A stretch of 64,000 nt of DNA from Schizochytrium sp. TIO01 (Eukaryota; Protista; Bigyra: Labyrinthulomycetes). The position numbers and the translations under genes are program-made. Of this stretch, positions 32,252 to 46,508 are shown piece after piece. A model generated the notes under the pieces. That model was not told the DNA's origin and did no database searches. It saw nothing but the letters and a program-made list of their open reading frames with translations. The stretch covers positions 4,621,104 through 4,685,103 of the forward strand of contig SMSO01000035.1 of the NCBI GenBank assembly GCA_004764695.1, read 5' to 3'. Each line of letters begins with the position of its first letter. Within the stretch, counting starts at the first letter, position 1.

Positions 32252-33843
32252 TTACGAGTCAGCATTGTCAATAATGGTTAAAGCAAGAAAACAATACATT
32301 GTCATAGTAAAGATCCCAACGAGGTATTGATTCACCATACCAAGACTTATAATCTGACCTTGCTCAGGAGGCGCGAGAAGCGCAGTTAGGTTTGCAGAAG
32401 GCACAAAAGTTTCGTAGAACCTATGTTGTAAAGATGTTGTGTGTCAGGTTAGTATACTGTTTATTCTTATGAGCAGAGCTGAGGTTCTGTATGTTTAACT
32501 TACAATATAAGCATCATTAGTTGGTCTTTGGGGAAAAGATCAAAAGTGAGGTAAAGTACTGCATAGCATGCCCCTGGAATGATGAGAATTCGACCAAAAA
32601 CAAAAAATGCCAACGTTCGTCGTGAGATTCCCATAGTTTCTTCATCCCCACCAAGAATTTCACTCCAGCGGGTCTTAGTAAGTTTGACTCCAATCAGTGT
32701 CGAAAGTGCAATAGTAACTACAGAAACGAGACCCGGGGCAATCATACGGAGAGTACTGACAAATGGTGTTGCGAATGAATTGTTGCTAAATACAAAAGTT
32801 TGAAGCGGAGTAATCAGTGCAATGACAATCGCAATCATTTGTGACGAGACAACTGGATCTATCATTGCACCCAGTAAAAGCCGGCCTTTGCGCTTCCACG
32901 TTGACTTTTTAGAAGACATTTTTTTATCAATTGTGGTACCCCCTTCTTCAATATGAACAGTTGTCTCTGTATTTGGTAACTTGGAAAATTCTGCGGAGGA
33001 AATAGGGGTTCTAGATACTTGATCCCCAGTCGGGGTGTCACTTGCAGAAACAACAACGTTCTCCTCCTGTGCTGTTCCATTGTTGGTTTCTGAAATATTG
33101 TGCATAGCGTGTGCCCTATCGGACATTGGCTCCGAAGTTTGCTGTTGATGAACAGTGTGAATGGTTGGAGTAACATCTTCTATAGCTGGACCATGTCCGT
33201 CCTTGACATATTGATTATTTTCCAGCCTGATATCCTGTACTTGTGTCTCATCATGCGCTTTTTCAAAAGGTGCACCTGCCTCAGCCGTCGTTGACACCGG
33301 AACTTCGGTCTCTTCACCTTTGACAAGAGCTGCAGCGATAAAGAACATGATTGTAGGGATGATCGTGTATATAAAGAGGTAAACTTCTCCCTTTTCAGTA
33401 CACTCAGAGGTTGTGTAAAACTCGCCACTGCCATCAGGCTTTGGTATACTGCTCGCTGCACACACGGCAGAGTTAAAAGCAAGAGGCAGAGCTGTAATGT
33501 TGGGGAAAGTCATAGCAAAGACAAACCAGTTTCGAAAACTCTTTGTAGGCCGAGCTAAAGGAACAAGTAGTATACCAAGGATACAGTTGAAAACCATAAC
33601 CACAGCGCCCATCATGAGTAAAACCCAGACTTCCTGCAGAACATCAATTGTGATACCCTCACCGAGTCGTACAAATTTAATTGCGGGAATATAAATGAAC
33701 TTTGCAAGCCATGATAAAGTCTTGGTGGCCTTTGCATCAAGCCATCCACGATGCACAGCGTAGGAACCACCTCCAAGAATGAGAAAAATTGGTAGTACAG
33801 CCTTGACGCTCGCCCACATAAGATCTAATACGCTAGCCGTCAT
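32252..33843 (-). CDS. PILS / auxin efflux carrier (Mem_trans) family transporter, paralogue 1 (intron 32421-32503)
   Basis: N- and C-terminal TM bundles around a hydrophilic loop. FPNITALPL, GRILIIP and FVPSANL motifs. A phase-2 GTAAGT...CATAG intron restores the C-terminus FYETFVPSA...DNADS*. Confidence 0.85.
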
Positions 33844-35245
33844 TTTCTAAGTTATCTATTCGATCTCAATAGAGAGACCTACTGCCTGTGTGATTTGGTT
33901 TGCATTATGGATTTGCCTGCATTTCGGGATTCGGGCTTTAATGCTGCATTCCCGTGGAAAAATCTTCCAGCCTTTTATGTGCACCCTGAATCCTAACAGA
34001 AATTATTTTACCTTTTTCTTTTACTTTTTCTTCTTATCATTTGAAATAGTTGGTACAAAATATTACTCTTTCTTTCTACAGTCTTCGTGTCTTGAAAAGT
34101 ACCAGTATGATCTAAAACTTTTAGTACTAGTCAAATAGTAGTAGCAGGTACCTACCCGAAACTGCGCTTTTGATACTGATAAGCACTTTTTAAAATTTAA
34201 ATAACGTAGAAAAAGAAGAAAAGGAAAAGCTGTCTCCTTCAACAGCTTCCTGCTATGCCTTGTACAACTGTTTGCGAAGGAACTTGAGAGAACCGACACT
34301 ATATAGCTGGGTCGCAACTAGAGATTCGCATGGTGATTAATTGGTGCACCCTAAATACGATCGTTTGATATTCTACTCTCACTACTATATATTTCTATCA
34401 ATTTTTTCACTTGGGTTAAAAACTCAAGCCAAAACATATTCCTCCTCGCCATGATATGGCGCTCCTCCGGTACTACCTAGGTAGCACAAGTATATACCGT
34501 ACTCTGCCTTGCGACGCAAACATGATATTGGATGATCTATATGCCGTAAGCCGTTGTAATATCGTTGGCGCATAGGTACATGAAGGTTGTCTACAGGGTG
34601 CCAAGAGAAGATGCAGTCGGTTGCAATCATTTTATTTTGTGAGCCCAGTTGTTACTTTGAGTATATGCCACAAAGCAAAACTCTGTGCTGGTGAAATGTC
34701 AGTCTGTAAAAGGCTGCCATGAGAACTTCAATCCTGACACAGGGACCTGTCAGCGATCTGGGAATTTTGTAACCATGACTGTATTTTTTAAATTAAAAAT
34801 TCTTAATTTTCTAGTTCTAACCAAGAAAAGTTTTGATACAGTAAAATCTGTATCGCATGTGCAGTTTCCCAAGAGAAGCAGGGAGGCTCAACACTGCTCG
34901 TATTGCAGAATATCATAGTACCCACTAAATTGAGAAGAAATGTTCGAGTGCGCAGCCTTTGACAAGTACGTGCGTACATTGTGAGTGATTTTGCTTTCTA
35001 GATATTTTTATGGGCGAAAAGGGGGTGGTGGTGATATCATCGTTTCGAAACTTTTGAAATTCATCTCTTAAAACCAGTCCGATACATCCATTGTTATAAA
35101 TCACGGGCCAAAATGAGTAGTTTAACATTTTACAAGATTTGAATGAAAAAGAGCTTCGAGAAGTGCCGTGGCAACGCAGACATGACATGTATTTATAGCT
35201 ACCGTGAGGAGGAGAAGCTAAATTCTACTACCAGGGTATCCTTTT

Positions 35246-37110
35246 TTAATTGTTGCCAACTTGTCGGTCAGTAATGTAAAGTGCAAAGAAGCAGTACATT
35301 GTCATACTCAGTATACCAACAAAATACTGATTGATAAGGCCCAAACTAATGATCTGGCCCTGGTCAGGTGGTGCAATCAGCGCGCACATGTTTGCCGTAG
35401 GAACAAACATTTCGAAAAAGCTGTATAGCAATAAAAGTTATCAATGTTTCAGTAAAAAAAGGAGGGAACGTTAGCAAACGAAGCATTGTGATGGCATGGC
35501 GAAGAAACACACAAAGAAACTTACAGAATAATGAGGAGGATTTGGTTGTCCGGGAAAATGTCAAGAGAAATATACAAGAGTACGTAAGAAATACCCGGGA
35601 TGATCAGAGTCCGTCCCATTACAAAAACGAAAAGAGTGCGCCTAGAAATACCCATAACATCTTCATCCCCACCTAGGATTTCACTCCAACGAGTCTTTTT
35701 CAGTTTAGTGCCAATCAGAATAGCGAGCGCGATTGTGACAACCGAAACGAGGCCAGGCTCGATTAAAGTGAGTGTGTTGACAAAAGGCGTAGCAAAGGAG
35801 TTTGAGCTAAACATGAAAGTTTGAACGGGCGTAATGAGAGCTACGATAATGGCAACGATTTGCGAAGAAACAGTAGGGTCAATGATGGCTGCAAAAAAGG
35901 CCCAGCCTGTGCGACTATTGCAATATTTTCCAAAGCCTGAAAAAAAGACGTTGCCCTTTGCGATTTCCTCTGGCGTAGCCCCTTCACCGGGAGCAGAAGG
36001 GTGTTCTGATTTATGGCTCAAAGATGATTGACGACGATCGCTACCTTCAGAGCTATCCTGCGGGCGCTCAGCCGTAGCTGCAGGTGGAAGTTCTAACTCA
36101 ATACGATCTGCAAGACCAGTGTTGCCATAGGGAGAGCTTCCACTTGCGTTGCCAATGTTGCCGGCAACGCGATATGAACCGGCCTCATGCAACTCTCTTC
36201 CACTGTCTTCTGAAAGAGCAGCGCGGACCAAAGACGTTTGTGGCCGCATCATTGGGTTGGTCGCCGCAGGCGGGTGATTTAGAGGAGGCACATTTGTTTG
36301 AGCACCAGGTGAGGCGTATTCCTGAGTAGTTTCATCATATGTGGTATATGTGGTCTGCGGATCACCACCTATTGGCAAAGAGTTTTCATCAAGGTTGCCT
36401 GGCGGGAAACGCTGCATTTGCAGAGCAGTTGTGCTGCCACTTCCATTGTCACTGCGGTCCTCAAGCATAAAGTGTGACTCGACATCAGCAAGATCACGTC
36501 CTCCTCCTTGTGAAGACGCCGCGCCAATTTCGAGCGCATCATTGCTGTTATCATCTTCAGCATCCTCTGTTGATGTAAGAACGCGCGCAGTGACAAACAC
36601 GAGAATGCTAGGGAAAATTGTGTAAATGAACAGATACAGTTCGCCCTGAGTCGTGCACTCATCGCTTGTGTAGTACTCGCTTTCTCCCTCCACAATATCG
36701 GTGGCTGGCTTGCGAATTTGACTTCCTGCACAAACTGCAGTGATGAAAGCAAGCGGGAGTGCTGTGAAATTTGGGAACGTCATGGAGAAGATAAACCATT
36801 TGCGAAAAGCCCGAGTAGGCTTGGCAAGTGGGACTAGGAGGAAACCCATTAGGCAATTGAAGGCGAGAATGATAAGACCCATGACAAGAATGACCCAAAT
36901 CTGACGTAGCACGTCAACCGTGATGCCTTCGCCAAGGCGTACAAATTTGATAGCCGGTACGTAAACATACTTCGTCAACCATGTCAGCGTTGCTGTGGAC
37001 TTTTCGTCAAGCCAGTTATGGCGCACTGCAAAGGCTCCGCCTCCAAGAATGCAAAAGATAGGCACAATGGCCTTGACGCTTGCCCACAGCAAGTCGTAGA
37101 CGTCCGTCAT
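35246..37110 (-). CDS. PILS / auxin efflux carrier (Mem_trans) family transporter, paralogue 2 (intron 35421-35524)
   Basis: Clear paralogue of 32252-33843 with the same phase-2 intron position (GTAAGT...TACAG). C-terminal exon FFEMFVPTAN...VGNN*. Confidence 0.85.
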
Positions 37111-38238
37111 GGTGGCTACTGCACTTTGGGGCTTTCAAGCATCGATTGTTTTGTGGGACCTTGAACTCTATGCTACGGCGAGTTCTTGCGCCTGCACAAT
37201 ACTTCGTGCTCGCCTCGGTTATTGAGCTTTGAAATCAAACTGGAGTCAAGCCACACCTTTTTTTTGCTCCCGCAGAGATCTAGGGACCTGCTACGCTTGG
37301 ATCCGACTCAGCCTTTGTTTTGCCAAAAAGCTCGGCTGGGTCCGTTCTTGGAGTCTGAGTAGGCAGGTCTCCTACGTTGTCTTCAATTGAGAGACGCCGA
37401 GGTATGATCGAGACCTCCGCTCGGTGCTAACCACACCTGTCTCAAGCGTAGTTGTAGTTCTGCCGCTGCACCTGCAAACTTAGACAAGAGCAGTTTCTGT
37501 ACCTAGCTAGGTACTAACTAAAAACTACCTTGGATCATCGATGTTTGCCTAAGGAGCACTAGTGCTACTTAATGCCTCGGTAGCACCTCAATGAAGCGCC
37601 AATTCCCGTGCCTCAGAAGCGGTCAAAGCCAACAACGACAATAACAGCTCCGAAGGGAAAGGCGGAGTGAGCGATTGAGGGGACTTCGGTCGCACGAGAT
37701 GAGTCACGAGCCAAACATCGCATCGCCGCTACGGTCTGAGCACAGGTCGAATCGAATCAGCCTGAGATGTGCACCGAAAGACTCTGTGAGTGCAAAACCA
37801 ATGAGATGAAAAGCAGCCCTAACCTACATACACAGATAGCTACAGAACCTTCACGCAATGGGAGCGTTTTCTCTTTGGACTCCCACGAGTCCACATTACA
37901 TCTCAGGAAGGGAAGCGACTGGCCTCGAAGCAGGCATTCATTCACCAACCTTTAAAATAGCAGTTACTCATCTGCTCCATCTATCGGTCCACCCACGATC
38001 CAACTCGTAAGCCAAAGCGAAGTTCTTCTCAGTCGCCCTCGATACAAACTTCTTCTTTCTGCTTAATTACTCGCAGCACAAATTCTCAATTCCTATTTCC
38101 TCTCTTTCCATCTCGTCATCGCTTCGTACAAGCGCCTAGGCCCTGGCTAGCGGCACTTAGGAGCTCCGCGGCACTTGGATGTGTTCTCTTTGGTTGTTTG
38201 TTAACCCAAGAAAAACAATTCGTACGTAGTGAGAGCTG

Positions 38239-38451
38239 AGTAAATAAGTAAATAAATAAATAAGTAAATAAGTAAATAAATAAATAAATAAATAACAGCG
38301 AGGCGTCGGCATTGAACTTCTTGGCGCCGCCGACGACTTCTTTAGCGTGGACCGTGGCTGCTAGCTATGGCAAGGTATAGCAAACGGCGCCGTATTTGTA
38401 TGTATGTTTGTTTGTGTGGTTATTTGTTTATTTGACTGTTTGTCTGTTTGT

Positions 38452-38484
<33 letters not shown>

Positions 38485-38816
38485 AGCCTGCTTGTTTTGG
38501 GTTGCTGCATGTTTGCAGGTCAATCTTGAACGGTGGCCATCAGAGGGAGTGCAGTTGGTGCGTGCGTTTGTGGCAGAGCGCGAAGATCGTGAGAAGAAAC
38601 CAACAAGAGCGGAGAACCATATGGCTTTCGTTTCTTTGCTTCTACAAGAGACTGGTGTGAGTGTGTGTGTATGAAGGAGTGCGAGTGAGTGAGTGAGTGA
38701 GTGAGTGAGTGAGTGAGTGAGTGAGTGAGTGAGTGAGTGAGTGAGTGAGTGAGTGAGTGAGTGAGTGAGTGAGTGAGTGAGTGAGTGAGTGAGTGAGTGA
38801 GTAAGCGAGTGAGTGA
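38239..38816. repeat. Microsatellite cluster: (TAAA)n ~38239-38294, (GTTT)/(GCTT)n ~38400-38490, (GAGT)n 38683-38816
   Basis: Directly visible tetranucleotide runs. Confidence 0.95.
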
Positions 38817-40079
38817 CTTGCCTTGAGTTGACTCAGGAACTGGGCACCTGCAGAATAAAGTCGCAAAGTTTCAAGAGCACTCCAAAGAGTCGCTTGAGAT
38901 AAAACTGCGAGCGCTTCTCGGGCCACAAGTATGCCACCACAACCGTGACTCCTGGAACGTGGTATAAAAGCTCTACCCGTAACCCAGAGCCTTTTGTACA
39001 CTCATTCATGATGGGTAGATGGTTGCTGTGAATCGTCATGATCATCATGGCAAGTTTGCGCGAACGGTGCTAACTTAGGTTGGGCATGGTGCCTGTTCTG
39101 CGGCACAAGAAATCTTGGCATGTGTTAATTCATTTACCCTTCAATGCTTACAAAAGGCTGAGATTAACTTGAGCCCTGACTCCCGGCGCACGTGAGACAA
39201 CTGCTTTAAGTCTGAGGCGTGCGTCGTAATAAACGAGCTTCGGAGCACGGCGGCCGGTGCACTGTTCTTTGAACTCGCCACAGTTGCTCAGAGCGTGATC
39301 TCTGATCGTAATCTCAGATCGTGGTCTGACTGAGAACAGCTCAACTCCCGAGATTCAGAACCCTCAAAAGGGAGGAGTGACATATGACGAGGCGATGGAT
39401 TGAGGTGCTCCTAGCATAGATCGCAGCGATAACGACCCGCTGAGCGCCTCTCTGAGGCGTGACAAGGCTAAGACGATTGGCATTTCTCACTTGGGAGCAG
39501 GAATGGAATAGTAGCGAGTGAAGGAGATGATGGGCGCGCTCAATCTTCCCTTTGAGTCCTGAGGTTGAGTATAACTTGTCGTATCTAAGTAGGTAGTATT
39601 GCATTTTCTGCTTTATAGTATCTAGGTCGTGCGCGAGCAATCTTCACTGGATATTTCTAAAGAATAAATGCACCAGGTGCAGTCTGCTCGTACCTGGGCG
39701 TCTAGCTGTCCGTACTTATAGTGCTTCACCTATAAAGAGTGATTGTTTTGACTTGAGATTTTTACCCAAGTGAACAGGTTTTTATCTCAGTACCCGACAA
39801 GTGAGAGTTGGCTACCTTTGTTACCAGGCACCTATATAGTACTACCTGCTTTACTTTAAAATTTTAAATTAATTAAAAATTAACATTTAAAGATAAGTGA
39901 CGAAAGAGCCTAATAACTTAAAGAGAATTAAATGGTTAATTAAGTACTACCTAAGTGATTGAGATATAAGGAACTAGATAGTATATAGGGTAGGTATCGT
40001 TGAGACTAGGTACTTATCACCTTGCAAAGGCATGCTGAGAGATAAGTATTGCGACAAAGAATAGGTACTCATCCAACAT

Positions 40080-43000
40080 TATGGATTGGACTCTTTTGAA
40101 GAAAAAAGAGACGGTTTTCGTCCTTGGAGATGTTACGTAATATCTGGGCAATATATGCATAGGAGATTGTGTGAAGAGTGTCTTCTGGGAATATAATTAC
40201 AAACAAGAACATTGAAGCGGAGTCTTTGGTATCAATATACTGTTGGACATTCGGCCTTTTTAGGCTTTCTTTGTTCTGTGAGTACTGGAGAATGCGTAAC
40301 TTCGATGTTAGGGACCGTCCAAAGTTTGGTATGGAAAGGTTCAGGGTCGCGAAGAAAGTCCATGAGGTTTTTGTTAGGGACGACAATGCATTGACTATAG
40401 TTGAAATGGGCTATGGTATAATGTTGGAGCTGAGCTTTGGCCTCCCTTGAGTCGAGAGTGACGAAAAAATGGGTTTCTTGTTTATACATATTCAATTCAC
40501 CACAACTGCGATACCTTTCCTTATTGAAAGTTGCGACCTGGAGAGGATCCCGTTCGAACGAATAGCTATCTGTGGTGTGTTATCTCCGAAGTATGATAAT
40601 GAGAAAATTCTGTCTCTAGAGCATACAGGTGTGGCACGGAGTGGTAAGGAAGATAAATGTACGTAATGCTTTTGAAAAGTACTACTATGTCTTTTAAAAA
40701 TTGGGAAGTGTACTAAAATGCTATTTCTGGACAAAGTCCGTGGTGCCGATAAGGAAAGTAGTAGTTAAATCTTAGTAGTGAATTGTATGTGTGGTTTAAA
40801 CAAGAGCACAGCAGAGACTTACTTGTTGAAGACGGTGCTTGGCAACCTGGAGAAATTCATCAAGTCTCAAAACGTGTCTGAGGGACTCCACAGGGCTTGC
40901 GGCTACATTCAAAGCCTTCAAAAGTAATTCATCTAACTCGTAGCGCGCAGAATTGCTCTTTTGTTAGAGTTCTTGCTCGGAGCAGGCGCGGAACGCGGAA
41001 CTTTGTGGTTTTACAGGCCTTGCTAAGCACTTGGGCAGCTTGTAATGAAAATAGAAGCTGGTGGGTAGACTTTTTAAACGTTTAGCTCCTCACTTTAATT
41101 AATTGTCAGAGGTTAGCGGTTTCCATACCCGCGCAAATGGCCTTCACTAAGAGTTTTCCAACAACGATGGAGGAAGGGCAGCATAGTTTCCAGTCATAGC
41201 ATGCAGAAGTCGAATGAACGTCAAACTCAGAAGAAAGTTGTTTTTCAAGGATACCAAGGCGTATAGGAGTCACCTTCCAAGACTTTGCGCATAGTTGAGA
41301 AAATTGTGTACGCCCTGCTTTAGAAGAGGTCCACAACGATAAACCGCCTATTCCAACACAGAACGAACAAGCAAAACATATATCAAGCCCTGATGACGCA
41401 CACTGCAAAAACCGTTGTCCTCATGAAGGATGCAGCTCAATGAGTAGCTCGGAGAATGACTTACGGCTCAGTTGGATGAAAAGGACCTTGCGTAAAAAAA
41501 AATGGTGATTGGGTCAAACCTTTGGTTTCACCCGCGACTGTTCGATACCTGTACTCCTTCTATCGCACGTCCTTTCCGCAGGTAGGGCATTTAGGGCCCC
41601 AAAGACAAATTCCTCACAAGGGCACCAAGTGGTAAAACTTCTATAGAAGAATTCTTTACTGTCAGGATTCTTATTGAAGGATGGCGTTCATTATGCAACA
41701 ACTGCGATGAATATAATGCCCACCTGTAACAGCTTTTGCTTTCGACTCTCTGACTGATACATGTTTGCATAAAGTTTCTGACATGGTGATGCTCTCTTAT
41801 CCAATCTATCCATTTGCACATTCAGGATGTACGATAGAAGCTGTGGAGCTCATTTTTTACTTTACAAGAGGGGGAATGGAGATCTTGCAAAAGTATCTTC
41901 CATTCTTGCTGACAACCGACTTGGAGCATACCTTCTATTGCAGGATAGCTTGTACTAGACAAAGGATAGAGAACTCAGTAGAAAGAGAAAGAGGATGATA
42001 TATGAGCTATTGGGGTTTCGGATCTGGATACATGCAGGGATGAATGTATCATGACAGTCCAATACACAGAAGCAGAAGGTATCGGACAGAAGAGCTAGGT
42101 TAGGTTTGGCTAGATGAGGTTAGGCAGGAGCTGTATATTGTTTCAATACCTTCGAAAGGCTTTACCTTTGGATTGCCAATGTCAAGGAATACCTCAAGAA
42201 GCAATCTGCATCAGTTTTATGTAGGCTTACTTCATCATTCCGAACAGCTCTGGAAGAGCAAGAAAGGCAAACAAGGTAAGCCAGCAGAGTTTCCTAAGTT
42301 TCATGAGTTCCCTGGATCACTGCACATACGAATGCAGCCTTCGTCTTCCAAGGCAGCACCTAGCAGGAATATTTAAACGTACAGTAGATGAGCACAACGA
42401 ATTTAGGAAGCGCTATATAGGCGAGATTATTGACTTTAAAAGTGCAGCTGACTATCACCATAACGTGAGCGGGCGAGCTACAACTCCAGGCGAAGGAATA
42501 AGCAAGCGCAATGTCCCGTTGTATGGAGTACACGCTTGGATGAATGAGCACCAGCAGATCAGGTCCTTCGTTGGTACATGATGAGCCAAAAGTGATTTCT
42601 GATACAGAAAGTGTTGAAGGGAAGTTTATCCCACCTAGGGTTCCTCCCCCCGCGGATTTCAACTAGCTTAATGAGTCCCAGACGAACAGCATATTCAGCA
42701 CAGGCAAAGAGAGCTAGCAAGGGTGCAGGTATGAGCCATTCTACTGCATCTAAAAACCACTCCAATAGGATAGCAAAGGAGACGAGAAACCCTGCAAAAA
42801 TGTGAAAGAACTGGTTTGGGAGTACTTTGGACCGAATTCAAACACTCGCTTTTCATGATGAGACACTGGAACAAGCTCATATAGTGTCCAGACAAGATAC
42901 CAGCATACCCTTACCATCCTTCCAAAGCTTTTTTAAGAAGACTCCGTCTATATTTCACCAGTTCCAGGCCTCACTCAATCCACCCGAAAGACGTTTCCTG

Positions 43001-44600
43001 AGTTTTATTGTCCTTTCTTACTAATTTTGGCGCGAGCAACAATTTAGTGAACTTCGTCAGGTAGACACAAAGAGTGTCATCTATCGTCTCCTACATAAGA
43101 TGTGGAATGCTTTTCTTAATGGGCTCCATCGAAGTGGTAACCTATTTAAGACATTCATCAAAACGCACACACAGGTACAACTAGCCCAATCCTTCAATCT
43201 TGCCGTACAGAAGTTCATCGAGGAAGGAGAAAGCTGCATACAACAAGATGAATCAGTTCAAGGTAGAACCACTACTACAGAGGTCTTCCAAGAACAGACA
43301 ATTGTTACTACTATAACTTATATGCGCCAAGTTTCTCTTCCAAAGGAAGGTGAAGCAGACGGGAACAGAGATAGTACACATGAGCACAGTGCAAACAGCA
43401 GTGCAGGGTCAGTCGATCTAAATGAAAGCATTCATTCTACCAGGTTAGATGTTACTAAAGCTGAGTCTATGATCGAAACAAGGATACATTTGGATGCCCC
43501 GCAACAATATGACGAGCTTAATGTTCACGATAACTTTCAAATTACAGACCTCAGTGATATTCGGGATGATACTCCAACTAGTGTGAATGGATGCACAAGT
43601 AAAATCCAGAACTGTTTGATGCAGTGAGACAAGTGCCTGAGAGCGAGACAGGCCGTGTTTGATGGCCATTTGTTTATGCTCAGTGGAAACGCATAGGAAT
43701 TCTAGCCAACATAAATCCTCGCGTTTACCACCGCTATAACAATGTTATCAAGCTTAAACACAAAAGAGATGTTCAAAAAGACAAAAGTTAGCCTTCGAAG
43801 CGCCTTGGTTTGCGCAAACAGTGATTCTAGGATCCATCGAAAATACTTCCTGCTCGCTCCACAGAGCAGAGACATTCAGCATTAACAATTTGACTGATTT
43901 GAAGGAGGGGGTTTGAACCTCTAATAGCTCTTTCTAACATAGTTTATTCTACTGCTGATGATGAGATTGATACTAGTTTGATTTCTCAAAATCCAAAAAG
44001 AAGAAGAGCACCGCGCCTATACCAACTGGGAAAAGATGGGGACTCATAAAAATAGCTTCAGTATCCTCTAGTAGTAGTGAAGATGATGATAGTACATAGA
44101 ATCAACTGGATTCTCAACCTCAGAGAAATTTATAAGTAGAAAAGTGTGGTTATCAAAATTTATCAACTTCAAAAAATGCTTAAACTTCGCCAGGTGCAAC
44201 AAAGAGAAAGCCCTACAATGACTATGGATGAAGGAGACGATCTTGCTTCTCTCCAGAGTCTAAATGAGAGTGATGCGGATAAAGAGATGAATGATAATGA
44301 AGATGTATAGGATGCTGATTTCGTCAAAATTGTCCCAAAGATTATATTCATTAGGTATAGAAGAATATAGATTATCCGCCAGGTGTGTTTGAAAATTAAG
44401 AGGGAACAAATAACTTGACACAAACCCGAGGACTATTTGCATATGTCCATCTATCTAGGCTATCTTGAGTTCGGGGGAGAGGATTTCATGTATAATACTA
44501 TTATCGCCCTTGCTTTCGACGAAGTACGAAAACTCACAACTTCCATCTCGAATGGTTATACAAGAAAAAAGAAAAGAAAAAGCGAGTTTACGTGCATCTG
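40080..44600 (+). pseudogene. Long decayed coding region of unknown origin, possibly with a degenerate Myb/SANT-like segment
   Basis: Chain of + strand ORF fragments, some in frame across single stops (40178-40450 continues into 40469-40666). Boundaries are approximate. Confidence 0.4.
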
Positions 44601-45859
44601 AAGTTGTGATAAAGTAGGTAGTAGTAATTGACGATTCTAATGTATATTACAACGATGTAAAAAGGAACTACAAAGAAGGTTGTGTTGAAGGAAAATTGCA
44701 CTTTGGCTTCATTAAAATATTTTCACTTATTTTTGAAAAAAAAAAATTAAAAAAAAATCAACTCATTAATTAAAAAATTATATTAAAAAATTATATATAG
44801 GCCTATGAACAAATAAAACGAGCTTTATAGCTTGCATCTGCCGGTTACAAGATCTTGTGAGATCCTCAACTTGAAGTTATTTTAATTTAAAAAAAATAAA
44901 AATAAAAAACCGATGATTAGAGATCTGCAATTTCTCGCATTAATTTTGAAAGAAAACATAAAAAACAGTAGTACTATTGAATTCTGGCTACCACTTATTA
45001 GAGTCACTGCCAGAGGCAACTACGAGGCGATTGTTTTGGGTTGGTCAGAGACTAATCGGAGTTAAAAGATTAAAAAAAAAAATACCAGGTAGGTAGGAAT
45101 TCAAAGCCCGGCCCTATTTTCCTCTTCTTTATGCTTTGTGCGGGACTCTTTTTGCAAGTCTCGTGCCAGGAAGGCTTAGCAATAGCACTGAGAAATTGCA
45201 CAATGACTGAACGATTTTAAAATTAAAACAAAACATAACTTGAAGATCACTTCTTATTGCAAAAAGTTACTTGCAATATTCATTCGTAGGAGTATTTATT
45301 TTCTTCATTTTATCTCGTTCCACTGGCCCTGGAAAATTTTAATTTTATATTTTTTTAAATCAAGAGATTGGGCGTAAGTGTGCATTTTTCTCTGAGGGAG
45401 GGATTTGAGAGCTACCATAGTGGGAATCTCGGTGTGCGTTCTGGTAGAGTTTGAAGGGCAGACTTGTTGCAACCTAGACAATACCTAATGAGTCAGCTTA
45501 GCGCTCGATCGTTTGTTAAAATAGTAGCCCTGGCAAATGGAACTCGAACGCGTAAATAGCCTCTGCCCTTACGAATTGGCGGACGTGTAGACAGAGACCT
45601 CTGAAAGCTTAGGGGCTCGAAAGCCACAATTTCTAATTCATCAAAGATATGAGGCAATTGGTGAACAGGTTGGAGTAGTTGGTACTGACTATAATTCATA
45701 ATTGAAGAAAACCTACTAACAGAATCTATGTTGACTGGCCTTTGGCAGCTCTGGATAGTGACTATTAGCACCTAGTTGAGAATTTGAAATTCCGTAGTCG
45801 CAAGTTGACTTTGTCAGTGTGTCTGTAATGTTTAGCAGCGCATATCTGATATTTCGTAC

Positions 45860-45893
<34 letters not shown>

Positions 45894-46508
45894 AGAAAGG
45901 AGAACCAACAACATCAAGATCTAGCGTCTCGCAACCTACTTCGATTTCTACAATGATGTTTGAAACGAACGTAAAGGGTTATAGTCAGACTTGAGTTAGG
46001 TTCTTATTTTAAAGTCATAGACTATTGTTGCTCCAGTAGAAACAGGCGATAATAAGCTTTAAATTACCAGAACCTCTCTACTTGTATATCCACCTCCCCC
46101 TTCATTATTATTATTATTGTTTTTTAATTATATATATTGTTTAAATATAATATTGCGTAAATATTTAATTGCGATAACAATGCTGAAAGGTCACGTTTGG
46201 GCGTGCTTGGATTTAAAACATCAACAGTGCCAAAATAGAAGAACAACACAAGACAATTTGGTTGACGACTTGTTTCTACCGTCAACCCAAGTAGACAGAA
46301 CAATAGGAGTATCATGGTAATCTGTATTTTTTTTCAATTTCAATTTAATTTTTAATAGGGCAGTGGGCTATTGCTTCGAGGTAGTGCGAAATAAAAGAAA
46401 TCACATTGTAATACTTCAAGTCAAGCAAATCCCAAACTCGTCAAAGCACGATACCGCCCCCTCCCCCATAAAGGACAAGCCTGCGCAAAGAGAAGCAACT
46501 ACGCACTG

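Noticed and set aside
38642-39001. ORF with (THSL)n repeats
   Set aside because: Translation artefact of the (GAGT)n microsatellite.
45863-45890. A28 tract as the tail of a retroposed element
   Set aside because: No target-site duplication, reverse transcriptase remnant or SINE head identified, and A-tracts are common in this region.
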